Shown: positions 29,147-38,746, counted from the first letter of the stretch. The stretch is DNA of 64,000 nt from Candidatus Parcubacteria bacterium (GCA_019347875.1 JAHWKN010000001.1:6801-70800), one strand, 5' to 3'. Program-made: numbers and translations. The notes: generated by a model from the sequence alone, not told the origin.

Positions 29147-30193
29147 ATGATTATCGTTATCATTGCCGGAGGATCGGGTACCAGGCTGTGGCCCTTGAGT
29201 CAGCCCAACTACCCCAAACATCTGCTGCGCCTGACCGGCAAAACCTCGCTGCTGGAAAACACCTACCGCCGGGCCAAGGCGGTGACCAAAGATGTCTACA
29301 TTTTGCCCGAAGCGTCGCACAGCCTGGAGGTGGCCAAGCAGCTGCCGGACCTACCCCCCGAGCACCTGATCGTAGAGCCGGCCCGCCGGGGCACCGCCTC
29401 CGCCATCGCCCTGGCACTGGCCAGGATTAAGCAAACCTCACCGCACGAAACCGTCATCTTCCTGCACGCCGACCATCACATCGTCGACGATGAGGGGTTT
29501 GCGCGGACCGTGCGGGCCGCCGCCGCCGCCTCGGCCGAGGCCCAGAAGATCACCCTGATCGGCCTTAAGCCGAACTATCCGGCCACCGGCTTCGGCTACA
29601 TTAAGGTGGGCACCCCCATTAACACTAGCGAGGACTTGCCGGTGCTGGAGGTGGAGCGGTTTGTCGAGAAGCCGCAGCTGGAAGTGGCCACGCAGTACGT
29701 CGCAGACGGGCGCTACCTGTGGAACCTGGGGCTGTTTGCCGCGCCGGTGGCGGTGTTTGAGGCTAATCTGCGCCAGTTCGCGCCGGAGCTGTATGGGGCC
29801 TACCAGGAGCTGTGCCGGCGGCAAGACGACCCCAAGCGGCTGAGCGAGGCTTACTTGGAGCTGCCGGCGCTGCCGATCGACACCGCCTTGATCGAAAAAA
29901 CCAACCGCATTCAGGTCATACCCGGGCGCTTCGACTGGGCCGACATCGGCTCCTTTTTTGATCTGCATCAGATTCTGGCGGGCAAAGACCACAACGCCTT
30001 AAAAGGCGACGTCTACTTAATTGAGTGCGAAGACTCGATGATTCACGGCTCTACCAAGCCGGTGATCGCCGTCGGGCTGTCCGGTATCGTGGTGGTGGAC
30101 ACGCCCGAAGGGCTGCTGGTTTGTGCCAAGGAAAAGTCGCAGCTGGTGGGCGACGCGGTTAAGCAGCTGCAGGCGAAAACCGCGCCCCCCTAA
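29147..30193 (+). CDS. manC: Mannose-1-phosphate guanylyltransferase
   Basis: IIAGGSGTRLWPLS..PK, EPARRGTA, ADHHI, TGFGYI, FVEKP, WADIGS; start revised from 29111. Confidence 0.94.
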   Translation: MIIVIIAGGSGTRLWPLSQPNYPKHLLRLTGKTSLLENTYRRAKAVTKDVYILPEASHSLEVAKQLPDLPPEHLIVEPARRGTASAIALALARIKQTSPHETVIFLHADHHIVDDEGFARTVRAAAAASAEAQKITLIGLKPNYPATGFGYIKVGTPINTSEDLPVLEVERFVEKPQLEVATQYVADGRYLWNLGLFAAPVAVFEANLRQFAPELYGAYQELCRRQDDPKRLSEAYLELPALPIDTALIEKTNRIQVIPGRFDWADIGSFFDLHQILAGKDHNALKGDVYLIECEDSMIHGSTKPVIAVGLSGIVVVDTPEGLLVCAKEKSQLVGDAVKQLQAKTAPP

Positions 30194-30254
30194 GCAGCGG
30201 AGCTAGCTTGGAAATTAGCATTAGGACTAAAATTTCATATTATAATAGTTAAGT

Positions 30255-32054
30255 ATGACTACAGTTACCGACATACCGCTGTCCGGGCCGGGCGGGCCAA
30301 ACGACTTCGACAGGCCCGCCCGGCCGCCCGGCCGCCCGCGCTTGACAATGGTCGCCGGTATCCTGGCCACACTTGGCTTGGTGCTGGGGTTACTGTGGCT
30401 GGGCTTCAGCCTGGTGTACGCGGGTAAGGTTTACCCCGGCGTCAGTGCGGCCGGCGCTTATCTGGGAGGACTCGACCGCGATCAGGCCATTACCGCCATC
30501 GCCGCCCGCACCGATGAGTACGAGCGGGTGCTGATTCCGGTCGAGTACGACAACACCACCTTCCGCATCAGCCCTGCCAAACTGGGTTTAACCTACAACG
30601 CCGAAAAGCTGGCCGAGGCCGCCCTTAGCCACGGCCGCCGGGGCGGCTGGTGGAGCCGTTTACACCAGCAGGTGCGGGCGCTGGCCGGCCGACCGACCGA
30701 GTTCGCCGCCTACCGGTACGATGACGCCAAGCTGGCACCTTACCTGGCCCGGATCGATACCGATCTAAACCGCCCGGTGCGCGATGCCAGCTTTCACATT
30801 AGCGGCGGGAGCGTGACCGTTAACCCCGACCAGCCCGGCCGGCGCTTGGATCTGGCGGGGCTGGTCAGGCTGCTAAACCAGCGGCTGGCCAACACCAGCG
30901 ACGCGCCCATCCGGACGCCGGCCTACCCGATGCCCCCGCTTATCGACACCGCCAGCGCCCAGGCGGTGCAGCCCCGGGCCGCCGAGATCGTCGGCCAACC
31001 CGTCAAGCTCAGCGCGGCCGCCCGTCAGTTCGTCATTACCGAGGCCGAGCTGGCCTCCTGGCTAAAGCTGGAGCGGACCGTTCCCCGCAACTTCGCCGGC
31101 TCCGGCGGTATCACCGCTTTTTACGCCGCCTTTTCGCCGGTCAGCTTAAGCGTGGATGAGGCCAAGATCAATCAGTACGTCGCAGAGCTGGCCGCCAAAA
31201 TCGACCAGCCGGGCCAAAACGCCGTCTTGACCATCACCGACGGCCGGGCCACCGTCTTTAAACCCAGCCGCGACGGCGTGCAGCTGGACCGGCCGAGGGC
31301 CGTGGCCGACCTGCGGCGGGCGCTGGCGGGTGACGGGGACCGGGAGCTGCGTTTAGCGGTTAAGGTGTCGAAGCCCGAGATCACCGAAGCCAGCATTAAC
31401 GACCTGGGTATTAAGGAGCTGATCTCTGAAGGGGTCAGTTTCTTCCCGGGGTCGACGCCTGAGCGGGTTCAAAACGTCCGCACCGGGGCCGCCCGCTACA
31501 ATGGGGTTTTACTCAAGCCGGGTGAGGTGTTTTCGTTCGGCGCCCTGCTGGGCGACGTCAGCGCCGCCACCGGCTACGCGCCGGCCAAGGTCATTATCGG
31601 CAACCGCCAGGAGCTGCAGTACGGCGGCGGGCTGTGCCAGGTGTCTAGCACCGCTTACCGGGCCGCCCTGAACGCCGGGCTGCCTATTTTGCAGCGTGTT
31701 AACCACTCTTTTGCCATTAACTACTACACCGCGCCTTACGGGGTGCCGGGGGTGGACGCCACCGTTTACTACCCGCAGGTGGACATGAAGTTTAAAAACG
31801 ACACCCACGCCCACATTTTGATCCAGACGGTGATAGAGGGCAGCACCCTGAAGTTCCAGTTTTACGGCACCAAGACCAAGGAGGGCCGCATCCGCGGGCC
31901 GGAGTTTATCGAAGGGTCGCTGGATGCCACCAAGCCGTCCAAAACGGTGTTTTACCGTGACGTATTAGTGGACGGGCAGGTGGTTAAGACCGACCGGGTC
32001 TTTACCAGCTACAAGTCCAGCAAGGAGTTCCCCGACAAGCCGCAGTTTAACTAA
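30255..32054 (+). CDS. VanW-family protein with peptidoglycan-binding (PG_binding_4) domains
   Basis: TM anchor; PGEVFSF, GGGLCQVSST, R.NHS, GVDATV. Confidence 0.9.
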   Translation: MTTVTDIPLSGPGGPNDFDRPARPPGRPRLTMVAGILATLGLVLGLLWLGFSLVYAGKVYPGVSAAGAYLGGLDRDQAITAIAARTDEYERVLIPVEYDNTTFRISPAKLGLTYNAEKLAEAALSHGRRGGWWSRLHQQVRALAGRPTEFAAYRYDDAKLAPYLARIDTDLNRPVRDASFHISGGSVTVNPDQPGRRLDLAGLVRLLNQRLANTSDAPIRTPAYPMPPLIDTASAQAVQPRAAEIVGQPVKLSAAARQFVITEAELASWLKLERTVPRNFAGSGGITAFYAAFSPVSLSVDEAKINQYVAELAAKIDQPGQNAVLTITDGRATVFKPSRDGVQLDRPRAVADLRRALAGDGDRELRLAVKVSKPEITEASINDLGIKELISEGVSFFPGSTPERVQNVRTGAARYNGVLLKPGEVFSFGALLGDVSAATGYAPAKVIIGNRQELQYGGGLCQVSSTAYRAALNAGLPILQRVNHSFAINYYTAPYGVPGVDATVYYPQVDMKFKNDTHAHILIQTVIEGSTLKFQFYGTKTKEGRIRGPEFIEGSLDATKPSKTVFYRDVLVDGQVVKTDRVFTSYKSSKEFPDKPQFN

Positions 32055-32059
32055 ACCAA

Positions 32060-32082
32060 AAAAAGCCACCAGGTGGCTTTTT
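32060..32082. terminator. Rho-independent (bidirectional) terminator
   Basis: AAAAAGCCACC-A-GGTGGCTTTTT immediately after the vanW stop. Confidence 0.75.
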
Positions 32083-32149
32083 GGCGGGTCTTCGACCGAA
32101 AAGGGGATAATTGCGGTTAGGGGGCGGTTAAGCCCCCGCACCGTCTGAC

Positions 32150-32623
32150 TCAGTTGACCTGGAAGGGGATCGGCCCGGTGACGAAGCCCTGGAAGCTGGC
32201 GAAGGGGTCGGGCGACACGATCACCTGGAGGGTGTGGCTGCCGGGGCTGTACGGCGCTGAGCCGCTGAAGCGGGCCACGCCCCGCCGGCTAGCGGTGACG
32301 CTGCCGACCTGGCTGGCCCAGCAGCCGGTGATGCGCCCGCGGTCGATGGTGAGGTTGGCCAGCCAGACTTCGTAGGACCGGCCGGGCTTGAGCCCGTACG
32401 CCGCCACGTGGACCTCGACGGCGGAACCGTTGCGGTTGCCGTGGAGGACGACCTGGCCGTTGCGGTGCCCGGACGGTCCGACGTTCTGGCAGATGCCGGT
32501 TGGACCGGTCAGGGCCGCTGTGGCCACCGACGGGGCGGCCGGCTGATGGGCGGCGGCGGCGGGCGGGGAAAGGATCCCGGCCAGGCTGCCCACCAACAAC
32601 AAACTCACAAACAGCTTGCGCAT
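32150..32623 (-). CDS. Secreted hypothetical protein
   Basis: Signal peptide; AGGAGG SD; TTGACA-17-TATACT promoter on the minus strand near 32683-32711; GLKPGRSYEVWL beta domain. Confidence 0.75.
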   Translation of the reverse strand: MRKLFVSLLLVGSLAGILSPPAAAAHQPAAPSVATAALTGPTGICQNVGPSGHRNGQVVLHGNRNGSAVEVHVAAYGLKPGRSYEVWLANLTIDRGRITGCWASQVGSVTASRRGVARFSGSAPYSPGSHTLQVIVSPDPFASFQGFVTGPIPFQVN

Positions 32624-32797
32624 AATGACCTCCTGGTCATAGAGAGACGGTACATCAATCCATAAGCGGATTAACTGCTAGAGTATACTACAATGCTTAA
32701 ATAATGTCAATAGTTTTGCGATGCTTCCGGTCAGTGTTCTGATCCCGTAGCTTTGTGTGTAGTCGACGATTTTTCTTACAAATCAATGCTGGTGGGC

Positions 32798-32825
32798 GGG
32801 GGCGGTCGCGTTGGCGACCGCCCCC
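32798..32825. terminator. GC-rich hairpin, likely terminator of the lipoprotein gene
   Basis: GGGGGCGGTCGC-GTTG-GCGACCGCCCCC. Confidence 0.6.
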
Positions 32826-32890
32826 CTGTTGGTCTTCGCTCTGCTTTAGATACATAGAGAGGATGCGTGCGCTCCCCGTCGCATTTAGGG

Positions 32891-33478
32891 CTAGGTGCAG
32901 TTGGGCGCTCCCTCTGGGCACGAGGCGTTGGTGTTTGGCACGACGGCGAAATCCGCCCGCGCTAACGCTTCGCTGCTGTTGAGGTATCTGATTAGCACCG
33001 TCCAATCGCCTGGCTGCTCGGAAGAGGGCACGATGAACCTGAAGATGCTGCGCCCCTCGGAGTCGGTGCGCTGGTCGGGCATGAAGTAGCATTCCGACGC
33101 TACCGGACCGGCGCACCATCTGACCGGCGCGTCGGGCCGCAGTCCGGTCGCGTAGGCCGTTACCTCTTCTTCGCCAGGCTGCACCCGGGGCCCGACCTCT
33201 CCTGGCTGGTAGGGCTGGCCGGTGGCCTCTAGGGTAAGGCGGGGGGTGCTGGCCGGCGCCTTTCTGGTGGGAGCGGTAGTCGAGGGCTTCTTGACGGCGG
33301 CCGGCGGTCCCAGGGTGCCGGTAGTAGGTTCGCCGGGCTCGCTGGAGGTGTTCTCGTTCGGTTCTGGCTGAGTCACCGAGGGCTCGGTAGCCGACGGAGC
33401 GGGCGCCCGGTCACCGCTTGAGGTGCAGGAGCTCGCCAGGAGGGTGAACACTGTTACGGTAATGAGTAGCTTTTTCAT
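32891..33478 (-). CDS. Putative lipoprotein with a P/T-rich linker
   Basis: MKKLLITVTVFTLLASSC lipobox-like signal; GAAGG SD. Confidence 0.75.
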   Translation of the reverse strand: MKKLLITVTVFTLLASSCTSSGDRAPAPSATEPSVTQPEPNENTSSEPGEPTTGTLGPPAAVKKPSTTAPTRKAPASTPRLTLEATGQPYQPGEVGPRVQPGEEEVTAYATGLRPDAPVRWCAGPVASECYFMPDQRTDSEGRSIFRFIVPSSEQPGDWTVLIRYLNSSEALARADFAVVPNTNASCPEGAPNCT

Positions 33479-33586
33479 GGCCTTCTTTCGGTTCGCGGCC
33501 TGTCAAAGGGCAGGGGCAGAGCGGATACCCAGAGCAACTGGGCGGATAAAGCTTAGGATTAGCAGCTAGTTTTGTCAAATACCCGC

Positions 33587-33616
33587 TTGACACTACGGCT
33601 TTTGTTCGGTTACACT
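33587..33616 (+). promoter_or_regulatory. lexA sigma70 promoter with a candidate direct-repeat LexA operator
   Basis: TTGACA (33587), 18 nt, TACACT (33611); TACGG-N6-TTCGG inside the spacer. Confidence 0.6.
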
Positions 33617-33672
33617 AAGACCAGGTCTTGATAGCGAATAAATTGAAAAATTAGATTAAAGACCTGGTCTTA
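33616..33672. repeat. Inverted doublet of the AAGACCWGGTCTT palindrome (REP/REPIN-like), copy A
   Basis: AAGACCAGGTCTT 33617-33629 and AAGACCTGGTCTT 33659-33671; same doublet at 57095-57136. Confidence 0.8.
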
Positions 33673-33690
33673 AAGTAACAGGAGGGAAAC

Positions 33691-34311
33691 ATGCCGGAAC
33701 CGTTAACCAAACGCCAAAAAGAGGTGCTCGATTACGTCACTCAGTACATCGAGCTGCACGGCTACGCGCCGAGCTACCGCGAGATCGCCGAGGCCTTTAA
33801 GCTCGGCTCGGTGGCCACCGTGGCTGAGCACATCGAGACGCTGGTGAGCAAGGGACTGCTGCAAAAGGGGGACAACGAGGCCCGCTCGCTGCAGCTGATC
33901 CGCCCCGAAGAGCTGCAGACCGACCGCTCTATCGGCCTGCCGATTCTGGGGCTGATCGCCGCCGGCCAGCCGATTGAGGCGATCGAGGGCCACACCGAAA
34001 CGCTGGAGGTGCCGCCCTTTATGGTCGGGCGCAAACACTCTTACGTCTTACAGGTTAAGGGTCAAAGCATGATCGAGGACGGCATTTTAGACGGCGACTT
34101 TGTGGTGATCCAGGAGAAAGAGGTGCCCAGCAACGGCGAGGTGGTGGTGGCGCTGGTGGGCGAGGGCGAGGCCACGCTGAAGCGCTTTTACAAAGAAAAA
34201 GACCACATCCGCCTGCAGCCGGCCAACTCGGCCATGGAGCCCATCATCGTCCCCAAGGGCACGCCGATTCAGATTCAGGGGACGGTCATCGGCGTCATCC
34301 GCAAATACTAA
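33691..34311 (+). CDS. lexA: SOS repressor LexA
   Basis: LTKRQKEVLDY, PSYREIA, IAAGQP cleavage site, GQSM, ATLKR. Confidence 0.97.
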   Translation: MPEPLTKRQKEVLDYVTQYIELHGYAPSYREIAEAFKLGSVATVAEHIETLVSKGLLQKGDNEARSLQLIRPEELQTDRSIGLPILGLIAAGQPIEAIEGHTETLEVPPFMVGRKHSYVLQVKGQSMIEDGILDGDFVVIQEKEVPSNGEVVVALVGEGEATLKRFYKEKDHIRLQPANSAMEPIIVPKGTPIQIQGTVIGVIRKY

Positions 34312-34490
34312 AACTTACAGCTTTGGCGCATTGCGGCGCCTGCCTGCCGGCAGGCAGGTCAAAGCCTGCGCTCCGCACTCGCCGTACCATTAAGTACGAC
34401 TCGCTGACGGTGCTCGGCTTTCCTTGAACTGCACTCAAATCCGCACACCTCCAGCAGGCTGCTTTACTGCATCCAAATCTGTAAGTTTTA
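34309..34490. mobile_element. MITE-like element with terminal inverted repeats and an internal CCTGCCTGCCGGCAGGCAGG palindrome
   Basis: TAAAACTTACAGCTTTGG ... CCAAATCTGTAAGTTTTA (17/18 inverted match); perfect 20-bp palindrome 34339-34358. Confidence 0.55.
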
Positions 34491-34531
34491 AATGCCGGTT
34501 TGCATCGCGCTTGAGATAGAAAGAGAAAGTA

Positions 34532-34696
34532 ATGAACAAACGAAAGCTTCGGATGATGTACCGCCGTTACCTGTTTTCTTACAGTTTCGAGGTGGTGCCG
34601 GCTAAGCCTTATTTGGCGCCGGAGCCGATTGGCTCGGTCTCGGGCCGCGAGCCGGACGCTTGGCTTTGGCTGGTGGCCGGCTTGATCTTGTTTTGA
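34532..34696 (+). CDS. Possible small membrane protein (54 aa) overlapping the cfa 3' end
   Basis: MNKRKLRMMYRRYLFSYSFEVVPAKPYLAPEPIGSVSGREPDAWLWLVAGLILF; purine-rich upstream sequence. Confidence 0.35.
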   Translation: MNKRKLRMMYRRYLFSYSFEVVPAKPYLAPEPIGSVSGREPDAWLWLVAGLILF

Positions 34697-35868
34697 CCGC
34701 GGTATAAGAACGAGCGGGTCAGCGGCAGAGTGTTGTTAATGCCGTTGGTAAACACCAGCTGGGAGAGGTCGTTATCACCGTAGCGAAAGCTGGCGGAAGA
34801 GCCGGCCAGGTACAGCCGCCACATGCGGTAAAACCGCTCATCGTACCGGCGGGTAATCTCGGCTTCGTGCCGCTCAAACCGGCGGCGCCACTCGTCTAAC
34901 GTCAGGGCGTAGTGCGGCCGCAGGTTTTCGTAATCGATCAGGCGCAGGCCGTACTCCGGCAGCAGCTTCACGGTCTCGCGCAGACTGGGTATGTAGCCGC
35001 CGGGGAAGATGTAGCGGTCGACCCAAGGGTCGTTGGGGGTTTCGAGCTGGTTGGTAATGGAGTGCAGCACCGACAGCCCCCCAGGCTTTAGCAGCTGTTT
35101 CACCAGCTGAAAGTAGAGGTGGTGGTTGCCCCGGCCGACGTGCTCAAAAAAGCCCACGCTGACCACCCGGTCGAACATCAGCTGACGGGTCGGTAAGTCC
35201 TGGTAGTTCAGCAGCTCGAAGCGGACTTGGCCGCCCACCCCTGCCTGCTCGGCCAGGTTTTGGGCGTGACGGTGCTGCTCGCGGCTGAGCGTTACCCCCA
35301 GGCCGGTTACGCCGTAGTCACGGGCCGCTTTCACCAGCAGCCGCCCCCAGCCGCAGCCGATATCCAGCAGCGACTGCCCGGCCGTTAACTGCAGCTTGCC
35401 TAAAACATGGTCCAGCTTTTGCTCTTGCGCCTGCTCCAGCGTGTCGTCAGGGCGTTTGAAGTAGGCGCAGCTGTAGGTCATGCTGGCATCAAGCCACAGC
35501 CGGTAAAAGTCGTTACCTAGATCGTAGTGCTGCTGAATCTGGCCGGCTTGGCGCTGTTTGCTGTTGGGCTGGGGCCGCGCGGTCAGCTGGCGCCACAGGC
35601 CGCCCATAGCCAGCTTGTTCTCGGCCGCTAAGCGCATAACCTGGTCGAGCGGACCCTCTACCTCGACCTGGCCGTTCGTGTAGGCCTCGCCAAAGCCCAG
35701 GCTTAAATGCTTAACCATACCCTTTAGTGCCGCCGGCTGTTTGATCTTGAGGGTAAAGTAAGGTTGGTCGTTACCGTACGTCTTAACCTCGGTCCCCCAG
35801 TAATCCACGGTTACGGCGCCCACCCGGATGTGCGCTAAGCCTTGCTCAAAAATGGTTTTTGCTAACAC
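34609..35868 (-). CDS. cfa: Cyclopropane-fatty-acyl-phospholipid synthase
   Basis: HYDLGNDFY.LWLD.SMTYSCAYF, LLDIGCGWG, VSVGFFEHVG, YIFPGG, HYALTL, RMWRLYL. Confidence 0.93.
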   Translation of the reverse strand: MLAKTIFEQGLAHIRVGAVTVDYWGTEVKTYGNDQPYFTLKIKQPAALKGMVKHLSLGFGEAYTNGQVEVEGPLDQVMRLAAENKLAMGGLWRQLTARPQPNSKQRQAGQIQQHYDLGNDFYRLWLDASMTYSCAYFKRPDDTLEQAQEQKLDHVLGKLQLTAGQSLLDIGCGWGRLLVKAARDYGVTGLGVTLSREQHRHAQNLAEQAGVGGQVRFELLNYQDLPTRQLMFDRVVSVGFFEHVGRGNHHLYFQLVKQLLKPGGLSVLHSITNQLETPNDPWVDRYIFPGGYIPSLRETVKLLPEYGLRLIDYENLRPHYALTLDEWRRRFERHEAEITRRYDERFYRMWRLYLAGSSASFRYGDNDLSQLVFTNGINNTLPLTRSFLYRGQNKIKPATSQSQASGSRPETEPIGSGAK

Positions 35869-36009
35869 GCCACCATCTTAGACCTTTCAGGTGGGCTAAG
35901 CAAGCAACTCAATTGACCGGGCAGCCCGCCAGCCGATATAATCACCTGGTATTCCGGAGAGCCGGCAGCGGTCGGATCAGCGATCAAGCCGGGCGGAATA
36001 CGATGATGT

Positions 36010-36084
36010 TCCGGAGTAGCTCAGCGGTAGAGCAGTGCGCTGTTAACGCATTGGCCGTCGGTTCGAATCCGACCTCCGGAGCCA
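36010..36084 (+). tRNA. tRNA-Asn (GTT)
   Basis: TCCGGAG acceptor, TAGCTCAGCGGTAGAGC D arm, GTGCG-CTGTTAA-CGCAT anticodon arm, GGTTCGAATCC T arm, encoded CCA; TTGACC..TATAAT promoter at 35913-35942. Confidence 0.97.
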
Positions 36085-36136
36085 AGCATAAGCACTTTGC
36101 TAAAGCAGAGTGCTTTTGTTTTGGTATATTAAAGCT

Positions 36137-36628
36137 ATGGAATTGTTTGACCTTGTAAACGAACAGGATCAGGTGGTCGGTATCACCAACAAATCTGAGG
36201 CACATGAAAAACGCCTTCCTCACCGTGTCGTTGCGGTATATGTCTTTAATGAGCAGGGTGATCTTTTTGTACAAGTCCATAAGAATAGTGGCGGTAGGTA
36301 CGATCATTCTGCTGGTGGACATGTTTCGAAAGGTGAAGATTACCCATCTGCAGCATCTCGTGAAAGCAATGAAGAATTAGGTATTAATCAGCCACTAACT
36401 CACGTTTCTACATTCTTTTCAGACGGGGGAATCTATCATCATATGTTCGGCATATTTGAATGCGTAGCAGAACCAAGTTGGCAATTCGTTCCCAATGGCG
36501 AAGTTGACGAGATTATTCCAATGAGTATTGAAGAAATAAGGTCATTGATGACAGAGAACCCAGAATTATTTACCGGAGGTTTCAGAAATACCATGAAAGA
36601 GTACTGCCGAGTCAAAGGGATTAGTTAA
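36137..36628 (+). CDS. NUDIX hydrolase (IDI/YfcD-like)
   Basis: HRVVAVYVFN, DHSAGGHVSKGEDYPSAASRESNEELGI Nudix box; start revised to ATG 36137. Confidence 0.88.
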   Translation: MELFDLVNEQDQVVGITNKSEAHEKRLPHRVVAVYVFNEQGDLFVQVHKNSGGRYDHSAGGHVSKGEDYPSAASRESNEELGINQPLTHVSTFFSDGGIYHHMFGIFECVAEPSWQFVPNGEVDEIIPMSIEEIRSLMTENPELFTGGFRNTMKEYCRVKGIS

Positions 36629-36756
36629 GTCTTCAAACGTAAAAGTTCGTACCAGAGGGTGAGCCAAGCAAACAGCGCCATCCGAAAGCGTTCAACACCA
36701 GGGCGGAGCCTAACGGCTCCGCCCTATTCATTTACCAACAAATATCATTTCTGGCC

Positions 36757-36785
36757 TTGACAATAGAGTGCGCGTAAGGTATAAT
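36757..36785 (+). promoter_or_regulatory. Perfect-consensus sigma70 promoter
   Basis: TTGACA, 17 nt, TATAAT. Confidence 0.8.
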
Positions 36786-36845
36786 GAACGACATTCCTCT
36801 GTTTACAGAGGGATACCCACCCACCCACGCACGAAAGGCAACTCA

Positions 36846-37160
36846 ATGCCCTTGAAAATTGGAGTACAAAAGGTGGCCGGCGCCACGTGGTTGGACTTTC
36901 CAACCTACCTGTCTGATCGAGGAAGTACGTTCCGGGTCTACGCCAACTCCGGCTACCAACCGCACCCTAGCGACACCACATTGTTTCGCCTGATGATGGA
37001 GGTGCTCATGGTCGACGGTGCCGGTGTCACGAGCGTGGAGGTCGAGAACAGGCTCCTTATGAGGGTATACCACGGCAAGGCTGTGACTAGCGAGGACATT
37101 CTCGCTCGAGTGATGGGGGCGGTTCGGCGCGCCGGCAAGACCCCTGTTCTCGTGAAGTAG
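36846..37160 (+). CDS. Hypothetical protein (weak NifU/Nfu N-terminal-like pattern)
   Basis: GAAAGG SD before ATG 36846; GVTSVEV...EDILARVMGAV; followed by a 13-bp-stem hairpin at 37166-37195. Confidence 0.6.
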   Translation: MPLKIGVQKVAGATWLDFPTYLSDRGSTFRVYANSGYQPHPSDTTLFRLMMEVLMVDGAGVTSVEVENRLLMRVYHGKAVTSEDILARVMGAVRRAGKTPVLVK

Positions 37161-37648
37161 GTGGAAATCTCCCCGCGCTCATGCGCGGGGAGATTCAGCC
37201 CAAGACTTTAAGCACTTGAAGTTTTAGGCCGGATAACACAAATATTTGCTGCGGCTCATTCACAGCTGCAAAAAGAGAGGCACCTAGAAATCCTCTAAGG
37301 CCATTTACGCGCAACAGCTTGCGTTGCTCTAATATACATAAGCGCGCAACATCGGGCCGAGACGCCCTCTTCATTTGCCAACAAATATCATTTCTGGTTC
37401 ATTGAACGCCTTGGCAATTTCCTTCATTCTTGGCGCTAGGGTTCGAAACTTGGCAGCTAGGGGGAGCCAAGGTGCGAAGGCAACTTTTGTTGTCGGCGCG
37501 CCTTGTTTGTTGAAGCGGGTACGATGCCCAGGGCTCGTGGAGTCACACCTAGCGTGCAGCCGGAACAAGTGTTGGGTAATCCTTTCCCAGGAGCCAAAGT
37601 ACTCATGCTTAAACGATCGAAAGGTCGTTTTTGCTGTATACTCAAAAT

Positions 37649-38269
37649 ATGCATAAGTATTTTAGTAATCAGCGCGGGTTTGCCCTGATACTAGAACTGC
37701 TACTAGCAACCATAGTTATTGCCATTCTGGCTTTCATTGGGCTTAGGATTTATAAAGCAAAACAGAACAACTCTGCGCCAGAAAACATTAACAAAGAGGT
37801 TCGACGTGTATTTGGGTCCAACTTTGATAGTGGGCCCGCTTACACTAAGTGCAGCAAGACAAACAAAGGCAATACGGTTTGCTCAGAATACAAACTGGTT
37901 GAACTTAAAAAAGCTGGCGATTTATGCCAAGATTTCGAACCTATTAATAAGCAATTGGCTGTAGGAGGGTATGTATTTAGCCAAAACACGGAGTACTTTT
38001 TTGACTTTCAAAAAGATGAGGCAGGCAGCGACGATACTTGCTCTCTTCTCAAACAGGCGAGCAAGTTAGAGCCGAACAACGCATTCTCAATAGAAAGAGG
38101 GCTTGTGTATCATCACGGAACGAAAAATACGAGGTTACCTCAATATCGTTTTTATTGCGATTTAAAAGACCTAAGGAGCACAACATCTTTTCTACAAACA
38201 TCTTTTCAGGCCACTCAGGGTTCAGTCGGCTGCGTTGGTCAATACAGCAGAAGCAAGGGGTTCTTTTAG
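37649..38269 (+). CDS. Type IV pilin-like (prepilin N-terminal) protein
   Basis: NQRGFALILELLLATIVIAILAFIG; TATACT 6 nt before ATG 37649; six Cys in the globular part. Confidence 0.7.
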   Translation: MHKYFSNQRGFALILELLLATIVIAILAFIGLRIYKAKQNNSAPENINKEVRRVFGSNFDSGPAYTKCSKTNKGNTVCSEYKLVELKKAGDLCQDFEPINKQLAVGGYVFSQNTEYFFDFQKDEAGSDDTCSLLKQASKLEPNNAFSIERGLVYHHGTKNTRLPQYRFYCDLKDLRSTTSFLQTSFQATQGSVGCVGQYSRSKGFF

Positions 38270-38375
38270 AATAGTTCTAACTTCCTCCACGATGGGGAGC
38301 CATGAACTATTCTCTGACGCTCAAGTTCATGGCAACGCCATTTGGTGTTGTTCGGCGAGTAGTTCATGAGAGATT

Positions 38376-38641
38376 ATGAAAGATTTTTATTATGTATACT
38401 TAATTAATAAGCCGGAGGGACGGCTTATTTTATATTGGGTCAACAAACGATGTTGATCGTCGCCTTAAAGAGCATCAAGCTGGCAAGAGCATCTCTACTG
38501 CCAATCGCTTACCTCTTGAGCTCATATATTTTGAAGGACATAGGTCTATTGCTGATGCCAGGCGACGTGAACTCTACTTTAAAACAACCAAAGGTAAAAC
38601 AACGTTAAAAACAAGTAATTCGGGATTCCTTAGCGAAATGA
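38376..38641 (+). pseudogene. Frameshifted GIY-YIG (UPF0213-like) nuclease
   Basis: YYVYL / LISRRDGLFYIGSTNDVDRRLKEH...ARRRELYFK..KG / KQVIRDSLAK* is reconstructed with two +1 frameshifts (~38403, ~38610). Confidence 0.75.
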
Positions 38642-38746
38642 TCTTGCTGAGCAACACAGGGAGGTCGCATGAGCCACAATCCGACCTCCATAGCAATAGT
38701 ACGTATGCTGAAACAGCCGCAAGGCTGTTTTTGTTATGATTGTTCT

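Noticed and set aside
32697-33119. 140-aa minus-strand ORF
   Set aside because: It is an alternative frame overlapping the lipoprotein gene, its terminator and the next promoter.
37371-37568. 65-aa minus-strand ORF as a real gene
   Set aside because: It crosses an att-like junction; only the part from WLP onward looks meaningful, as a fragment.
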